Source of the DNA: Acidobacteriota bacterium | GTDB taxonomy: Bacteria; Acidobacteriota; Thermoanaerobaculia; UBA5066 | Reading direction: 5' to 3' | Assembly (NCBI GenBank): GCA_036759345.1 | Contig: DAIOUV010000006.1 | Span: 28,438 to 92,437, forward strand | Length of the DNA stretch: 64,000 nucleotides | In this document: positions 62,650-64,000 of the stretch, one piece after another | How the letters are laid out: each line of letters begins with the position of its first letter | How positions within the stretch are numbered: position 1 is the stretch's first letter | Notes under the pieces: model-generated | Told to the model about the DNA's origin: nothing | The model's input: only the letters and a program-made list of their open reading frames with translations | Database searches by the model: none | Made by a program: the position numbers and the translations under genes

Positions 62650-63828
62650 ATGGAAGAAGGCATTCTCCACGCCATCCAGGGGTACATGTACCCCAACGAG
62701 GTCGAGCTCCAGTGGAGCATCCTCATCGTCCTGTACCCGTTCACGACCGGCCTCGTCGCCGGCGCCTTCATCCTCGCGTCGCTCGAGCGCGTCTTCAACG
62801 TGGCGGCGGTCAAGCCGACGTACCGGCTCGCGCTGCTCTCCGCGCTCGCGTTTCTCCTCGTCTCTCCCTTGCCGCTGCAGCTCCACCTCGGCCACCCGGA
62901 GCGCTCCATCGAGATGTACCTCACGCCGCATACGAGCTCGGCGATGGCGATGTTCGGCTTCATCTATCTCTGGTACCTGATGGCCGTCCTCGTTCTCGAG
63001 ATCTGGCTCGACTACCGCAAGGACATGGTCCTCATGGCCCGGTCCGAGACGGGCTGGAAGAAGACGCTCTACCGGATCCTCACCCTCGGCGTCGACAACA
63101 TCAGCGAGGAGTCGCTCCGCATCGACGACAAGCTGGGGCGCTTCATCACGATCGTGGGTATTCCGTCGGCCCTCCTTCTGCACGGCTACGTTGGATTCAT
63201 CTTCGGCTCGGTGAAGGCGAACCCGTGGTGGTCCACGCCCGTCATGCCGATCGTGTTCCTCTTCTCGGCCATCGTGTCGGGCATCGCCCTCGTGCTCCTC
63301 ATGTACATGCTCGTCTGCTTCCTGAAGGGCATTCCCATCGACATGCCATGCGTGGACACGATCGCCCGCTACCTGATGTACGCGTTTCTGGTCGATTTCT
63401 CTCTCGAGATGCTCGACCTGATCCACCGCATCTACGAGGCGGACGAGTCCTTCAAGAGCCTCGACTTCATGGTCCATACGCGGCTCTACACGTCCCAGAT
63501 TCTCGTCCAGATCGTCTTCGGCACGATCATCCCGATCGCCATGCTCGCCTTCATCCAGCTCGTGAAGCTGAGCGAAGCGGCCCGGAAGGGTATCTATGCC
63601 CTCGCCGGCCTCCTCACGCTGATGGGCATCTTCGCGATGCGGTGGAACGTCGTCATCGGCGGGCAGCTCTTCTCGAAGAGCTTCCTCGGGTACACGACGT
63701 ACAAGATGGCATTCGCGACGAAGGAGGGGCTGCTCCCCGCGATTCTCCTGATGATCCTTCCGTTCGGAATCCTCTGGGGTCTCGTGAAGCTGCTGCCACC
63801 CTTCGACGAGGAGAAGGCGGCGGTCTGA
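62650..63828 (+). CDS. NrfD/PsrC-family integral membrane quinone-interacting subunit
   Basis: 392 aa with 8-10 TM helices and the typical NrfD-family layout. Confidence 0.85.
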   Translation: MEEGILHAIQGYMYPNEVELQWSILIVLYPFTTGLVAGAFILASLERVFNVAAVKPTYRLALLSALAFLLVSPLPLQLHLGHPERSIEMYLTPHTSSAMAMFGFIYLWYLMAVLVLEIWLDYRKDMVLMARSETGWKKTLYRILTLGVDNISEESLRIDDKLGRFITIVGIPSALLLHGYVGFIFGSVKANPWWSTPVMPIVFLFSAIVSGIALVLLMYMLVCFLKGIPIDMPCVDTIARYLMYAFLVDFSLEMLDLIHRIYEADESFKSLDFMVHTRLYTSQILVQIVFGTIIPIAMLAFIQLVKLSEAARKGIYALAGLLTLMGIFAMRWNVVIGGQLFSKSFLGYTTYKMAFATKEGLLPAILLMILPFGILWGLVKLLPPFDEEKAAV

Positions 63829-63879
63829 GCTTCCGCCCACAGGGGTGCCTTTGAGCGCCGCATCAGGGGTTTGACCGCC

Positions 63880-64000
63880 ATGGACGACTCGGGCTCGAAG
63901 CTCGCGAAGCAGGTCGCCGCGCTGGCTGAGTCGCTCCGGTCGGTGGAAGCGCGTTTGGCCGCGCTCGAGGGAGCGGCCGCGCCGAAGAGCGCGAGGCCCA
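63880..64000 (+). CDS. hypothetical protein, 3' end off-window
   Basis: ATG then MDDSGSKLAKQVAALAESLRSVEARLAALEG… (coiled-coil-like). Only 40 codons visible. Confidence 0.3.
   Translation, partial: MDDSGSKLAKQVAALAESLRSVEARLAALEGAAAPKSARP

Overview
High-GC (~70%) chromosomal segment from a Gram-negative-type bacterium (all four Kdo genes kdsA/B/C/D, LolA-like, outer-membrane beta-barrel protein). I support about 58 protein-coding genes, most tightly packed and often joined by 4-nt ATGA/TTGA stop-start overlaps. No rRNA, tRNA, CRISPR array or IS element was found. The supplied ORF track counts GTG/TTG as starts (shown as M), and several gene starts were moved inward on that basis. Housekeeping genes: a 5'-truncated LpxH-like metallophosphoesterase, aroA, thiL, lon, hsp20, nrdR, kdsD, kdsC, kdsA, kdsB, pyrG, purH, recA, pgpA, murB, an ispB-like prenyl synthase, yajQ, a lolA-like gene and a DEAD-box helicase. 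Other recognisable genes: a PilT-family ATPase, two ABC systems flanking a short YtrA-like GntR regulator, a Liv-type substrate-binding protein, a ManC-like nucleotidyltransferase, and a MoxR/DUF58/transglutaminase triad. Six regions deserve a second look. (1) A divergent glycosylation locus at 2348-11965: GtrB/Dpm1-like GT2, YdjC deacetylase and a PIG-V-family GT-C on one strand; a SAM methyltransferase, a 1315-aa sigma-54 enhancer-binding protein and a TMTC/PMT-like TPR GT-C on the other. The PIG-V-like gene has no canonical start codon upstream of its conserved N-terminal motif. (2) A single 1180-aa ORF fusing a class I/II PLP aminotransferase to an archaeal-type PEP carboxylase, lying between kdsC and an nrdR-hsp20-lon-thiL operon. 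(3) A 2-oxoacid:ferredoxin oxidoreductase (alpha with fused ferredoxin, beta/gamma) translationally coupled through a small 4-Cys protein to an ADP-forming acyl-CoA synthetase. (4) A respiratory cluster: monoheme cytochrome c, Rieske protein, cytochrome b fused to a nine-heme cytochrome c domain, a membrane tetraheme cytochrome c, a TAT-dependent 4Fe-4S subunit and an NrfD-like membrane subunit. (5) A low-GC islet downstream of aroA carrying a truncated DUF4258 gene and an intact DUF2283 gene, likely a decayed toxin-antitoxin module. (6) An AT-rich intergenic region near 40.2-40.4 kb. Many very long ORFs in other frames or on the antisense strand are Arg/Pro/Gly-rich artefacts of GC content and are rejected below.
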